Shown here one piece after another: positions 35,010 to 51,730 of a DNA stretch of 64,000 nt (position 1 is its first letter; each line of letters begins with the position of its first letter). The stretch lies in the NCBI RefSeq assembly GCF_009914755.1, contig NC_060927.1, one strand, 5' to 3'. This DNA comes from the human T2T-CHM13v2.0 reference genome, Homo sapiens. The translations under genes were made by a program, and so were the position numbers. The notes under the pieces were generated by a model. That model did not search any database, had not been told where the DNA came from, and was given only the letters and a program-made list of their open reading frames with translations.

Positions 35010-37925
35010 ACTTGTTTTTAATTGATGTATAACAATTGTATATATCTTTGAGGTACATGTGACATTTTGATACATGTATATAATGTATAATGATCAAATC
35101 AGGGTAATTGGGATACCTGCCATCTCTTTTCTTCCTGTTGAGAACGTTGCAATCCTTCTCTTCTAGCTATTTTGAAATATAAAATAAATTTTAAACCATT
35201 AATCTCCCTACTATACTACTGAATACTAGAATTTATTTCTTCTTTCTAACTGTATTCTTGTACCTATTAACCAACTTCTCTTCATCACCCCTCCTCTCTA
35301 CCCTTTCCCCTGGTAACCATTCTTCTCATCTCTACTTTCATGAGATCTACTTTTTTAGCTCCCACATATGAGTGAAAACATGCAATATTTGTCTTCCTGT
35401 GCCTGGCTAATTTTGTTTAACATAATGACTCCTAGTTGTGTCCATGTTGCTGCAAATGACAAAATTGTATTCTTTTTTATAGCTGAATAGTATTCCATTG
35501 TGTATATATACCACATTTTCTGTAGCAATTCATCCGTTGATAGACATGAAGGTTGATTTCTTATTTTGGCTATTGTGGCTAGTGCTACAATAAACATGAG
35601 CATGCAGATATCTCTTGAATATATTGATTTCCTTTCCTTTGGATATATACCCAGCAGTAAAATTTCTGAGTCATACAGTAGTTTTATTTTTAGTCTTTTG
35701 AGGAAACTCCATACTGTTCTCCAAGGTGACTGTACTACTTTAAATTTCTACCAAGAGTATATGAGAGCATTCTTCTTTCTCCCCACTCTCATTCATCTGT
35801 TATTAATTTTTTCTTTCTGTAATTGTTTTTCTTTTGATTGCAGCCATTTTAACTGGGTGAAATGGTATCTCATTGTGGTTTTGATTTGCATGTCTCTGAT
35901 GATTAGTGGTGCTGAGCATTTTTTTTTTCTCGTTGACTGTATGTCTTCTTTTGAGAAATGTCTATTCAGGTCCTTTGTCCATTTTTAAATGGGATTATTT
36001 GGTTTTACTGCTATTGAGCTATTTGAGCAGATTATATACTCTACATATCAATCCTTTGTCAGATGGATAGTGTGCAAATGTTCTCTCCCATTCTGTAAGC
36101 CATCTCTTCACATTGTTGATTCTTTTGCTGTGGAGAAGCTTTCCAGTTTTATGTAATCTCATTTGTCTATTTTTGCCATTGTTGCCTATGATTTTGAGGT
36201 CTTTTCCAAAAAATCTGTAGTGTTTCCTCAAAGTATTTTACTAGTAGTTTCATAGTTTTAGGTCTAACATTTAAGTCTTTATCTCTTTTGAGCTAATTTT
36301 TTACATGGTGAAAGATAGGATGTAGTTAATTTTTCTTCATATGGACATACAGTTTTCCCAGTACCACTTATTAAAGGGACTGCTCTTTTCACAGTGTATG
36401 TTCTTTATGCATTTGTCAAAAAAGAGTTGGCTATAAATGTGTGAATTTATTTCTAGGTTCTGTATTCTGTTCCATTGGTCTACATGTCTGTGTTTATGCC
36501 AGTTTATGCTGTTTGGTTACTATAGGTTTGTAGTATAATGTGAAGTCAGGTAGTGTGATGCCTCCAGCTTTGTTTTTTTTTGTTGTTGTTGTTTTTTGTT
36601 TTTTGTGGTTTTTTTTTTGCACAGGATTGCTTTAGCCACTCAAGGTCTTTTGAGTTTCCATACAGATTTCAGGATTGTTTTTCCTAATTCTCTGAGTAAT
36701 GTCACTGGTATTTTGATAGGGGTTGCATTGAATCTGTAGATTGCTTTGGGTAGTATGGAAATTTTTACAATATTAATTCTTCTAATCTATAAGCATGAGA
36801 TATGGCTTTCATTTTTGTGTATTCTTCAATTTCTTTTATAAGTGTTTTATAGTTTTCCCCGTGGAAATCTTTCATTTCTTTGGTTAAATTTATTCCCAGA
36901 TTTTTTTTGTAGCTATTGTAAATGAGATTTCTTTCTTGATTTTATTTGCAGGTTGATAGCTGTTAGCAAACAGAAACACTACTGATTTTTGTATGTTGAT
37001 ATTGGATTCTGAAACTTTATTGAACTCATCAGTTGTAAGAGTTTTTTGTTTGCATCTTTAGGATTTTCTAAATATAAGATTATGTTGTCTGCAAAGAAGA
37101 ATAATTCAACTTCTTCCTTTCCAATTTGTATACCCTCCATTTCTTTCTCCTGCTTAATTGCTCTGGCTTGGACTTCCAGAACTATGTTGAATAAAGTGGT
37201 GGAAAGTACCGTCTTTGTCTTATTCCAGATCTTAGTGGAAAGCTTTTTCATTTTTTCTTTTTTGTTCAGTATGATATTAGTTGTGGGCTTGTCATATATG
37301 ACCTTGTTGTTTTGAAGAATGCTCCTCCTATGTTCAGTTTGTTCAGGTTTTTTTCATGAAGGGATGTTGCATTATATCAAATACATTTCAGCATCTATTG
37401 GAATGATCATATGGTTTTGTCCTTGATTCTGTTGATGTGATGTATCGTGTTTATTGATTTGAATATGTTGAACCATCCTTACATCTCTGGGATAAATCCC
37501 GCTTGATCATGGTGAATGATCTTTTTAATGTGTTGCTGAATTCAATTTGCTGGTATTTTCTTAAGAATTTTTGCATATATGTTAATCAGGGATATTGGTC
37601 TGTAGTTTTCTTTTTTTGTTGTATCTTTGGATTTGATATCAGAGTAATGCTGGCCTCATAGAATGAGTTTCAAAGTATCCTCTCCCCTTTAATTTTTTGG
37701 AATAATTTGAGTATAATGATATTAGTTCACCTTTAAACATTTGGCAGAATTTAGCAGTGAAGCCTTCAGGTCCTGACTTTTCTCTGATGGGAGACATGTT
37801 AGTACTTCTTCAATCCCATTACTTATTATTGGTCTGTTCAGGTTTTCTATTTCTTTATGGTTCAATCTTGTAGGTTGTGTATGTCCAGAAATTGTCTTCT
37901 AGTTTTTCCAATTTGTTGATACATA
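35010..37925 (-). mobile_element. 5'-truncated L1MA (3' UTR and ORF2 remnants)
   Basis: L1MA-type 3' end (GTATAATGATCAAATCAGGGTAATTGGGATA). ORF2 fragments YTMEYYSAIKK and LFNIVLEV..QIGKEEV..FADNIILYLENPKD. Confidence 0.92.
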
Positions 37926-37994
37926 GTCTTTTTTTGTTTTAAAAATATGAGTTAAATTTTTTAAGTATGAAGTAACTACTTATGGCAGTAAATA

Positions 37995-38480
37995 TAATTT
38001 CTTATTTTAAAATAATACATATTGAGGTTAATTTGCATACAGTAAATTTGCCCCTTTTGGAGTACAGTTTTATGAGTTTTGACAAACAAATACAGTTGTG
38101 TTGCCACCATCACATTTAAGATATAGAAAATATCCATCATCCTCCCCAAATTCCCTTGTTCCCACTTATAGTCAATGCCCTTCCCAACCACCATCTCCTA
38201 CCAACCTCAGGTCTGTTTTCTATCTATAATTTCCTCTTTTTCAGAAGGTAATACAAATGGAATAATAAGTTATGTAACCATTTAAGTCTGGCCTTTCACT
38301 TAGCATAATGTCTTTGCTATTCATCCATGATTTTACATGTATCACTAATAGTTTGCTGCTTTCTGTGACTAAATAGTATTCCATTTTTTGAATGTACCAC
38401 AATTCATTTTTCCATTCACTATATGATACACACAGAGAGAGGGATTGCTGAGTCATAATATTTGACATATATTTAACTTT
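37995..38480 (-). mobile_element. L1MB/MC 3' fragment
   Basis: TACAGTTTTATGAGTTTTGACAAA..., GGCCTTTCACTTAGCATAATG, TAGTATTCCATT. Confidence 0.75.
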
Positions 38481-38486
38481 ATTTAC

Positions 38487-40030
38487 TGTATTCCCCTACA
38501 AGAGCATTGTATAATTTTTCCTTTGATATTAAGGGTTTCCGTGTAACTTGCTTTAGCCAATAAAATGTGAATAAATATACCTGTGCAGCTTTGGAGTAAA
38601 AGCTTTAAGAAACAAAGCATGTGTCTTTTGCAAATATCTTTTACCAGTCTGTGGCTTGCCTTATTTTCTTGACAATATCTTTCACAGAGCAGAAGTATCC
38701 GATAAAAATCTGTTATTCAAAATATACAAAGAACTCTTAAAACTCAACAATGAAAAACACAAACAACCTGAATAGAAAAATGAGCAAAAAGATACCTTAA
38801 AAGATACCTCACCAAAGAAGATATGCAGGTGACAAATAGCATATGAAAACATACTCCACATCATATATCATCAGAAATGCAAATTAAAACAACAATGAGA
38901 AACCACTACACAACTACAACTATTAGAAGGGCAGAAATCCGAAGCACTGACAACATCAAATACTGGCAAAGATGTAAAGCAACCGGAGCTCTCATTCATT
39001 GCTGATTGGAATGCAAAATGGTACAGCCACTTTGGAAGATAGTTGAGAATTTCTTATAAAACTAAACATACTCTTAGCATGTGATCTAGCAATCATATTC
39101 TTTGGTATTTACTGAAAGGAGTTGAAAACGTATGTCCACACAGAAACCTAAACATAAATGTTAACAGCAGCTTTAATTATAGTTGCCAAAACTTTGAAGC
39201 AACCAAAATGTCCTTCAGTAGGAAAGAATAAATAAACTGTGATACATTCAGACAAGAAAATCCCATCAGCACTAAAAAGATATGAGCTATCAAGCAAACA
39301 AAATACTTGGAGAAAACTTACACGCATGCGCTAAGTGGAAGAAGTCAACCTGAAACGCTTACACACTATATGATCCCAACTTCATGACATTCTGAAAAAG
39401 GGAAAAATACAGAGACAGAAGAAGATCAGTTGTTGCCAGGGTCTGGAGGGAATACAGAGGCAGAGGATGAATAGACAGACTGCTGAGGATTTTTAGGGCA
39501 GTGAAAATACTCTTTATGATACTATAATGATCCATAAATGCTATTAAAAATTTGTCCAAACCCATAGAATGTACAACACAAAAAGTATACCCTGATGTAA
39601 ACTATGGACATTGGTGAATACGATGTGTCATTGTATTTTCATCAATTGTAAGAAACATACGATTATGTGGATGGTGTTGATAATAGAGGAGGTTATGCAG
39701 GTGAGAGGAAGAGGATATATGGGAAATCTCTGTAATTTGCTCCCAATTTTGCTGTGATCCTACAGTTGCTCTAAAGAATAAAGTCTATTAAAATTAAAAA
39801 ACAAAAACAAAACAACCAAAAAAGAATGCATGATTCTTCCTCATGCTTGTTTCTCTACTGAGAGAACCACAGGTACCTAATAAAGTTGCTCTTTCATCCT
39901 GGATCTAGGAATGAAGATGATAGATGAAGCAGGGCCACAATCAATCCACAGCCTCCATGTAACTTGAGTGAGAAACAAACATCTGCCAGCATGTAAAACT
40001 GAGGCTCTGAGTTTGTCACCATAACCTAGC
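38487..40030 (+). mobile_element. MaLR LTR (MLT1J-like), split by an L1 insertion
   Basis: Left half GTGTAACTTGCTTTAGCCAATAAAATGTGA..AAGCTTTAAGA; right half resumes about 39826 through GAGTGAGAAACAAAC..ATAACCTAGCC..CTGATA. Confidence 0.65.
38622..39820 (+). mobile_element. L1MC1-like 3' fragment with a 74-nt 5' inversion
   Basis: 38622-38695 is antisense L1; 38696 onward is sense L1 with AATAAA and an A-rich tail; TSD AAACAAAGCATG / AAAGAATGCATG. Confidence 0.8.
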
Positions 40031-40429
40031 CAAAGTTAACTGATAAACTGTGGAAACTCCTTTCTACTCCACTTAACTTCATGCATCATTTGAAGCCCAC
40101 TTCCTTGGACTTCTTTCTTTATCCCCTTTAACTTGATCTATGACTTGTTTTTTTTTTTTGTTTTCTAACGTCTTCTTTGCTCCTTTCATTCTTATTTTCA
40201 TTGGATTTTCTTTCTACTGCCATTCTTTACAAAACTAAATTTGTAAATCACACCTTTACCTCCACACACTAATTGTACTGTAGTAAATGTTTAATTAGTT
40301 TCACAATTTTGAATCTATAATCCCCTAGCTTGGACTACGTATTTGTGACATTAGATTGAACTTAAAAAACAATATTTGCCTTATATTATGTTTCTACTAA
40401 AAATCATTAGTAACCACTCATGATTTATA

Positions 40430-41270
40430 GGATTAATCTGACCATCTCACCTTTGTTAACAAGGTCCTTCAGTTGGTTTCTGAACTGCCTTCCTTGCCAC
40501 TTCTACCATTGCAAGCATCTTCCATTTCTCTATTGAATTAACACTCTTCAAACTGTACGGGTATACTCCTTGTTTCAGGATTTGCAGCATATATTTCAGT
40601 CTCTTTTGAACCCTATTTCTTTCCATCATTTGAAATCCTCCAACACATATATCTTAAATTCCATTCTTTCCAAGAAATTCTTTCTACTGATTTCCTTGAG
40701 TTACCATTGACCCCTTCAAGCCACTCTCTGCAAAGCTGCAAGAATGACCTTTCAACGACACATATCCTTCATCCCTTCTCTCTACCCTACTTAAATTATT
40801 TCACTAGGCATTTAGGGAAAAAAATACTAAAAATCTTGAAGAATCTACAGAGGTATTATCTGTTCTACTCTCTCTCTAGCATTCTAGCCACAGGTACCAT
40901 CTTGTGGCTCTACTGAATACCATATTCTCTCCAACCACAGGATCTTAGTGCTTGTTATTTGCTTTCCTTAGAATGTGATTCTTTGTCGTTCTATAGTTAA
41001 CCCCTTCTTTTCCTTCAGTTCTTAATTCTCTTATTACTTCCACAGAGAAACCTCTGACCTCTCTGTGCAGATCCAAACTTTTTATTTTGATCATGCCTTT
41101 ATAGCATGATTTATCTACCCCTCCTTCAGAGTATGTAGTATTGTTGTACTTTTATATTTATTTTTTGATTATTACATTATCTACTTGCTTGGACTTCAGC
41201 ATTATAGACCTGCTCTACCCATGGAACAGTATCTGGCATGCTGTACACCCTCAATAAATATTTGTTGACT
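40430..41270 (+). mobile_element. L2 fragments
   Basis: Ends GAACAGTATCTGGCATG..CTCAATAAATATTTGTTGA. Confidence 0.6.
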
Positions 41271-41659
41271 GTTACTCAAAAAGTCCATGATGCCTGGGCC
41301 CTTCCTTCTGTCTTTATCTTTCATTTGTTATGCATTATCATACTGATTGACAGTCTTATATTGATTTGTAATTTAAGTCTTTGTCACTCTTCCTTGCTAA
41401 TTTTTTTGTTTGCATCACTGCTATTCCAACAAACACATCCAAGCGTCCTAAGTTATTAGTCGAATAAACGCATGCTTTCTGGCTATTACTGAATGAGAGT
41501 ACTCACCAACTGAAGGTTAGTAGATGCAGCCAGATTTATATATTTAAACTCAACAACATCTTGCTATTTTAAAAAATTTAGTCCATAGTGTCATTTACAT
41601 ACTCAAACAAAACTACTCAAGCAAAAACTCTTGAGCACTATCATCCCAAGCACTGCGAT

Positions 41660-41816
41660 TAGGGTTGCCAGATAAAATCTCAGCCATGAATAATTTTTTA
41701 GTGTATGCTTTCTGTATAGCTTAGGACACACTTATAGTAAATTTATGAGTGGTTTTTCTGAAATTCAAGATTAACTGGGAATCTTTTATTTTTATTGGCG
41801 AAATCTGGCAACTATA
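41660..41816. mobile_element. MER53 hAT MITE (left arm partly deleted)
   Basis: TIRs TAGGGTTGCCAGAT ... ATCTGGCAACTATA; CTGAAATTCAAGATTAACTGGG. Confidence 0.8.
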
Positions 41817-43737
41817 ACTATGATACTCAATGAAATGGTAATGGTTGTTCTTCACTGAGCACTGACTTTGAGTCACACATGGTACCAAGTGCTGTCTATT
41901 GACCAGGGTTCTATGAAAATTTACTTTGGGCACATGAAAAAACTGAGGCACAGATTAAAGAACTTGCTCAGAGTCACAAAACTATCAAGTGACAACTCTG
42001 GTTTATGTCTTGAGATGTATAAGAACGTAGAGCCAGCACTACTAATCGTTATAAAATACCACCTCATCTAACACAATCTAAGCTATTGCACATACCCTCA
42101 GCAACAGTGAAATCAACAGGAAGATGTTTGTCATCAACTGTTTCAAGTACCTTTTAACTATAATCATCCAGAGATCCTAATGTAAAACCCAGCATCCGAT
42201 TTGTAAAACTTCAAATGTATTTCTGACACTCCTTAGGAAGTTTCAGGTAGTTTATCAACTATAGGGGTTCTGAATTGATATAAGTGTGTTAGAGCATCAC
42301 TATTTGTGTAAGTTATAATGTTGGGTTTAGTTGCCTATGAGTTAACTGAGAATTTTCTATGACATTAAAAAATTTAGATATAGTTTTCATGTCCTTAGAT
42401 CAATTTAATGGATATGTTTCCAGTGACAAAAACATCTCCAAAATCATATTTTCTTTGAGGACTTATAAAGGTTTGCACTACACTCGCCATTTTATTCCAT
42501 TGATAACTTTCGATATTATCAGATCACCCAGTGCTTTCCACTGTAACCACATAAACATTATGTCAATTAGTTATTACTTTGAACCCCTTTTATAAGTATT
42601 AATTTTAAATTCTTTCTCTTTAAATTAAATTGTTAGGTGATTTAATCCCTGAGTTCTATGCAAAAGGTGGCTTGGGCATAGTAATGGATTAAGTGATTCT
42701 TGTGCAGAGTTTAAATATCAGCTTGAAAGTTGGTAAAGAAAAAATTTAAGATATATCATATGTCAAGAATGTTGGGCCTTCAACCTCTGCTCCTTCATCA
42801 TTATGTAACTTTCACTAAGTGGAGGTCTTAGACACAGACATAAAATGGCTCTATTCCACACTGAGTCCATCCATGTTCTCTCCTTGGTTCACTTAACTTA
42901 GCTCTCTTGCTTTTTCTCACCATCTTCACATCACCCCCCTGAGATCTTGTCACTCAGCACACACAGGGATAAGCTGCCTCCTTTTTCTTATGTAGTGACA
43001 ATGTCACAAAGTCAACAGTGCAAGCTCTTGAGTCAGACCGACTTGAGTTCAAATCCCAGCTTTATTTATCAGCTGTGTAACCTAGGGCTGTTTATTTAAC
43101 TAAAATGTTAACTAATCAGTATTACTAGCATTTCATGTCAGAAAAAATGTGCAGAATATGCCATTGTAAATGTGAAAAAAAAATGCCTTAGTTTTTACTT
43201 TCCTGTTGGACTACACTCTAATTTCCCCTGTCAATTTTCCTATTAATAAGTTGCATTTAATGTCAATATGTTTTTAGCCTTAAAAAAGCAACACACGGAA
43301 GCTATTAAATTTTATAATATCAGTGAAAAACACAGTGCAGAACACATTGCTGATCATGTTCACATCTACCCATTCCTTGGATGTTAGACTCTTCAACTAC
43401 TAGAATACATTACTAAAGGTACATTCTTCCTGAATAAAGTGCTTCCTTGGTTTACAAGACAGAATCAGGGGGTGGAGCCAAGATGGCCGAATAGGAACAG
43501 CTCCAGTCTACAGCTCCCAGCGTGAGCGATGCAGAAGACGGGTGATTTCTGCATTTCCAACTGAGGTACCAGGCTCATCTCGCTGGGGAGTGTTGGCAAG
43601 TGGGTGCAGGACAGTGGGTGCAGCGCACCCAGCGTGAGCTGAAGCAGGGCGAGGCATCACCTCACCCAGGAAGCACAAGGGGTCAGGGAATTCCCTTTCC
43701 TAGTCAAAGAAAGGAGTGACAGAGGGCACCTGGAAAA

Positions 43738-43920
43738 TCAGGTCACTCCCACCCTAATACTGTGCTTTTCCAATGGTCTTAGCAAATGGCACACCAGGAG
43801 ATCATATCCCCTGCCTGGTTCAGAGGGTCCTGCACCCACGGAGCCTTGCTCATTGCTAGCACAGCAGTCTGAGATCAAACTGCAAGGAGGCAGTGAGGCT
43901 GGGGGAGGGGCGCCCGCCAT
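43738..43920 (-). other. L1 antisense ORF0 (60 aa, ends early at TGA)
   Basis: MAGAPPPASLPPCSLISDCCASNEQGSVGAGPSEPG...SIRVGVT*, matching primate L1 ORF0; strong Kozak GCAATGG. Confidence 0.85.
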
Positions 43921-44488
43921 TGCCAAGGCTTGAGTAGGTAAACAAAGCAGCAAGGAAGCCCGAACTGGGTGGAGCCCACTGCAGCTCAAGGAGGCCTGCC
44001 TGCCTCTGTAGACTCCACCTCTGGGAGCAGGGAATAGCCAAACAAAAGGCAGCAGAAACCTCTGCAGACTTAAACGTCCCTGTCTTTGAAGAGAGTAGTG
44101 GTTCTCCCAGCACGCAGCTGGAGATCTGAGAATGGACAGACTGCCCCCTCAAGTGGGACCCTGACCCCCAAGTAGCCTAACTGGGAGGCACCCCCCAGTA
44201 GGGGCAGACTGACACCTCACAAGGCTGGGTACCCCTCTGAGACGAAACTCCCGGAGGAATGATCAGGCAGCAACATTTGCTGCTCACCAATATCCGCAGT
44301 TCTGCAGCCTCCGCTGCTGATACCCAGGCAAACAGGGTCTGGAGTGGACCTCCAGCAAACTCCAACAGACCTGCAGCTGGCGGTGCTGACTGTTAGAAGG
44401 AAAACTAACAAACAGAAAGGACATCCACACCAAAAACCCATCTCTACGTCACCATCATCAAAGACCACAGGTAGATTAAACCACAAAG

Positions 44489-45505
44489 ATGGGGAAAAAA
44501 CAGAGGAGAAAAACTGGAAACTCTAAAAATCAGAGTACCTCTCCCCCTCCAAAGGAACGCAGCTCCTCGCCAGCAATGGAACAAAGCTGGACGGAGAATG
44601 ACTTTGATGAGTTGAGAGAAGAAGGCTTCAGACAATCAAACTACTCCTAGCTAAAGGAGGAAGTTCGAACCCATGGCAAAGAAGTTAAAAACATTGAAAA
44701 AAAAAATTAGACGAATGGCTAACTAGAATAACCAATGCAGAGAAGTCCTTAAAGGACCTGATGGAGCTGAAAACCAAGGCACGAGAAATATGTGACGAAT
44801 GCACAGGCCTCAGTAGCCGATTCGACCAACTGAAAGAAAGGGTATCGGTGATGGAAGATCAAATGAATGAAATGAAGCGAGAAGAGAAGTTTAGAGAAAA
44901 AAGAATAAAAAGAAACAAACAAAGCCTCCAAGCAATATGGGACTATGTAAAAAGACCAAATCTACGTCTGATTGGTGTACCTGAAAGTGAGGGGGAGAAG
45001 GGAACCAAGTTGGAAAACACTCTGCAGGATATTATCCAGGAGAACTTCCCCAGTAATCTAGCAAGGCGGCCAACATTCAAATTCAGGAAATACAGAGAAC
45101 GCCACAGAGATACTCCTCGAGAAGAGCAACTCCAAGACACATAACTGTCAGATGCACCAACGTTGAAATGAAGGAAAAAATGTTAAGGGCAGCCAGAGAG
45201 AAAGGTCGGGTTACCCACAAAGGGAAGCCCATCAGACTAACAGCTGATCTCTTGGCAGAAACTCTACAAGCCAGAAGAGAGTGGGGACCAATATTCAACA
45301 TACTTAAAAGAATTTTCAACCCAGAATTTCGTATCCAGCCAAACTAAGCTTCATCAGTGAAAGAGAAATGAAATACTTTACAAACAAGCAAATGCTGAGA
45401 GATTTTGTCACCACCAGGCCTGCTCTAAAAGAGCTCCTGAAGGAAGCACTAAACATGGAAAGGAACAACCAGTACCAGGCACTGCAAAAACATGCCAAAT
45501 TGTAA
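44489..45505 (+). pseudogene. L1 ORF1, disrupted
   Basis: ATGGGGAAAAAACAG start; in-frame TAG at 44648 and later frameshifts. Confidence 0.92.
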
Positions 45506-45568
45506 AGACCAGCGAGGCTAGGAAGAAACTGCATCAACTAATGAGCAAAATAACCAGCTAACATCATA

Positions 45569-49358
<3,790 letters not shown>

Positions 49359-51249
49359 CAATGAGAACACATGGACACAGGAAGGGGAACATCCCACACT
49401 GGGGCCTGTTTTGGGGTGGGGGCAGGGTGGGAGGGATAGCATTAGGAGATATACCTAATGTTAAATTATGAGTTAATGGATGCAGCACACCAACATGGCA
49501 CATGTATACATATGTAACAAACCTGCACGTTGTGGACATGTACCCTAAAACTTAAAGTATAATAATTTAAAAAAAAAAGAAGACAAAATCCGAGCAAATA
49601 TCTCTTATTCTGCTAAAAGCATTACCGTTGGTTTTTTCAAAGTATGTAGAATCTTAGCACTCTCTAATTACAAATATATTGATGTTCTTTCTTTCATATT
49701 GAATGTCCCCTGCACCACCTCTAGCATATTTTCTTTTTTTTCAGCTTGATGAAAAATTTCCCATCCATTAATACTTTCATAAAACAATTCATCATGTTTG
49801 GAATATAATTACTCAGATCAAACGTGTCTTGATCTCTCTCTCTCTTTCTTTTTGTCTCTCTATCTCTTCCTTTCTCTCTCTCACTCTTTCTTTCTCTTTC
49901 CAACCTTCCAACCACCCCTTGGACTCTCTTTCACACTCAGTCCCCTCTGCCCTCTGCTTTTAGACCTCATTGTCTTTAACACACCACTCTCTTCTTAAAC
50001 AAAAACCTAATCTTTTCTTCCTAGTAGTATTTGTAACTAGTAGATTTAGGTGTTAACTTTTCCTCATGCTTAACCATCCATTTATCTCCTACATCAATAG
50101 AGATTGCAAAAGTCCAAATTTGCCCATTCATTTAGTAAAGTTTCATGTCTGAAAAACACACACACACACACCAAAAAACAAACAAACAAACAAACAAACA
50201 AAAACTCCCAGTGCTTTTAGTAGCAGATAGTTTGCCACAAAAGAAACTTTTAAAATATTCATCATCTGCAAAATTCATTACAGGCCCACTAACTGCTGAA
50301 ATTGCTGCTTATGATGATGGTATTATCATCTCCATTTGGTCCAGTCTTTATCATAAATGCTATTCTTAATAAATAATAAGTACTTGAAACTCTTCTTTTT
50401 GGAAAAATCAATTAATAATGTTTGAGAGGGTGGCATTATTACCAAGTTATACTGTGTAAATTAAAGTAAATATTCTCAAAGTCCTTTATGCTAAAACTCT
50501 GTGCTTAATATTTTCAAGAAAGGAAAATTGAATATGTGTGTTAGGTATCCAATTCTTGTTTTCATTCCTTCAATAAACATTTGTTAAGAGACTCATGTGC
50601 TTCATACTTTGGATAAATCACTAAGGAGAGATTGTTGAGCAAGATGTCATATCCAGGTCACTGTATTTATGTATTGTGCATTTCAAAGGAAAAAAGTCCA
50701 TATCAAATAAATGATTAACATTTTATTTGTGTAACTCTATGAAGAAATTAGTTGGTTCTATGAGAGTGTCTGATGGACTGGATGCAGAAATGAGGGTAAA
50801 TCAATGAAATATAAAAACCCAGAATTCTCACGTCGAATAAAATAAGAATGACCAGATAATCACATGGTCTGAATTCTTTATAAATAAAAATTGATTTCTA
50901 ATATGTGTTTATTTAATTCAAACATATAAATAATTAAAGACAATGGGAGTAATCGATGTTATACCTGGATTAAGCCAAAAAGCTCCTTGAAGAAAAGAAT
51001 TTATATAACAAAATTGTACTATCTTTATCAATTTGGGGGTAGGTCATAACTCCTTTGGAAGAATCATAGTTTCAAAATTTAAATATAAGTCAATGAGAAG
51101 ATATTATTTGATACAGTGATGCCAGGTTAACTTTCTTTAACTACAACTACTTCCGGACTGTACCGCATGTAAAGAAGTTATAATTATGACTAGAAGATTA
51201 CCTATATCTGAAAGTCAAATATGTGATGGAAAAGGAATCTCACTCATAA

Positions 51250-51730
51250 GCTAACACATGTTATTAAGCTCCTCCACTGGGCCATATCCAAGGCTTTGTG
51301 TTTGTGGTAATACTACATTTCTCTGGGGAAAATCAGGAAGACTTTCCTCAATGGAATCATATTTTCCTTGGGTTTTAGTGTGAGTAGGTGTTCATCAGTC
51401 TGAGAGGAGGGGGAGAAACATTCCAGGGCTATAAAACAGCTTGAAAAAATACATGGAAATTTGAAAGGACATTGCATGTTCAGAAGGCAGTGAAAATAGG
51501 ATGGAATATTGGGAAGCAATAACAGCATTTTGTATGCTATATTAAAGAGTTTAGATTTTATTGTGTTTTAATTGGTGAACCAACAGCAATTTCCAGCTAG
51601 CTAAGTGACAAGATCATATTTGCGTTTTAGAAAGTTTTCTCTGCTATTAACGTAATCTGTGACCTGAGGACTGGACAGACCACCATGAAACAGATGGAAC
51701 TACAGTGATAATCTGGCTAAGAGATAGCTT
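51250..51730 (-). mobile_element. L2 fragment
   Basis: GGAAGACTTTCC..AACATTCCAGG..TAAAGAGTTTAGATTTTATT..GTGACAAGATCATATTTGCGTTTTAGAAAG. Confidence 0.6.

Noticed and set aside
41660-41816. MER53-derived miRNA hairpin
   Set aside because: The left arm is partly deleted, so the long palindrome is broken; no evidence of expression.
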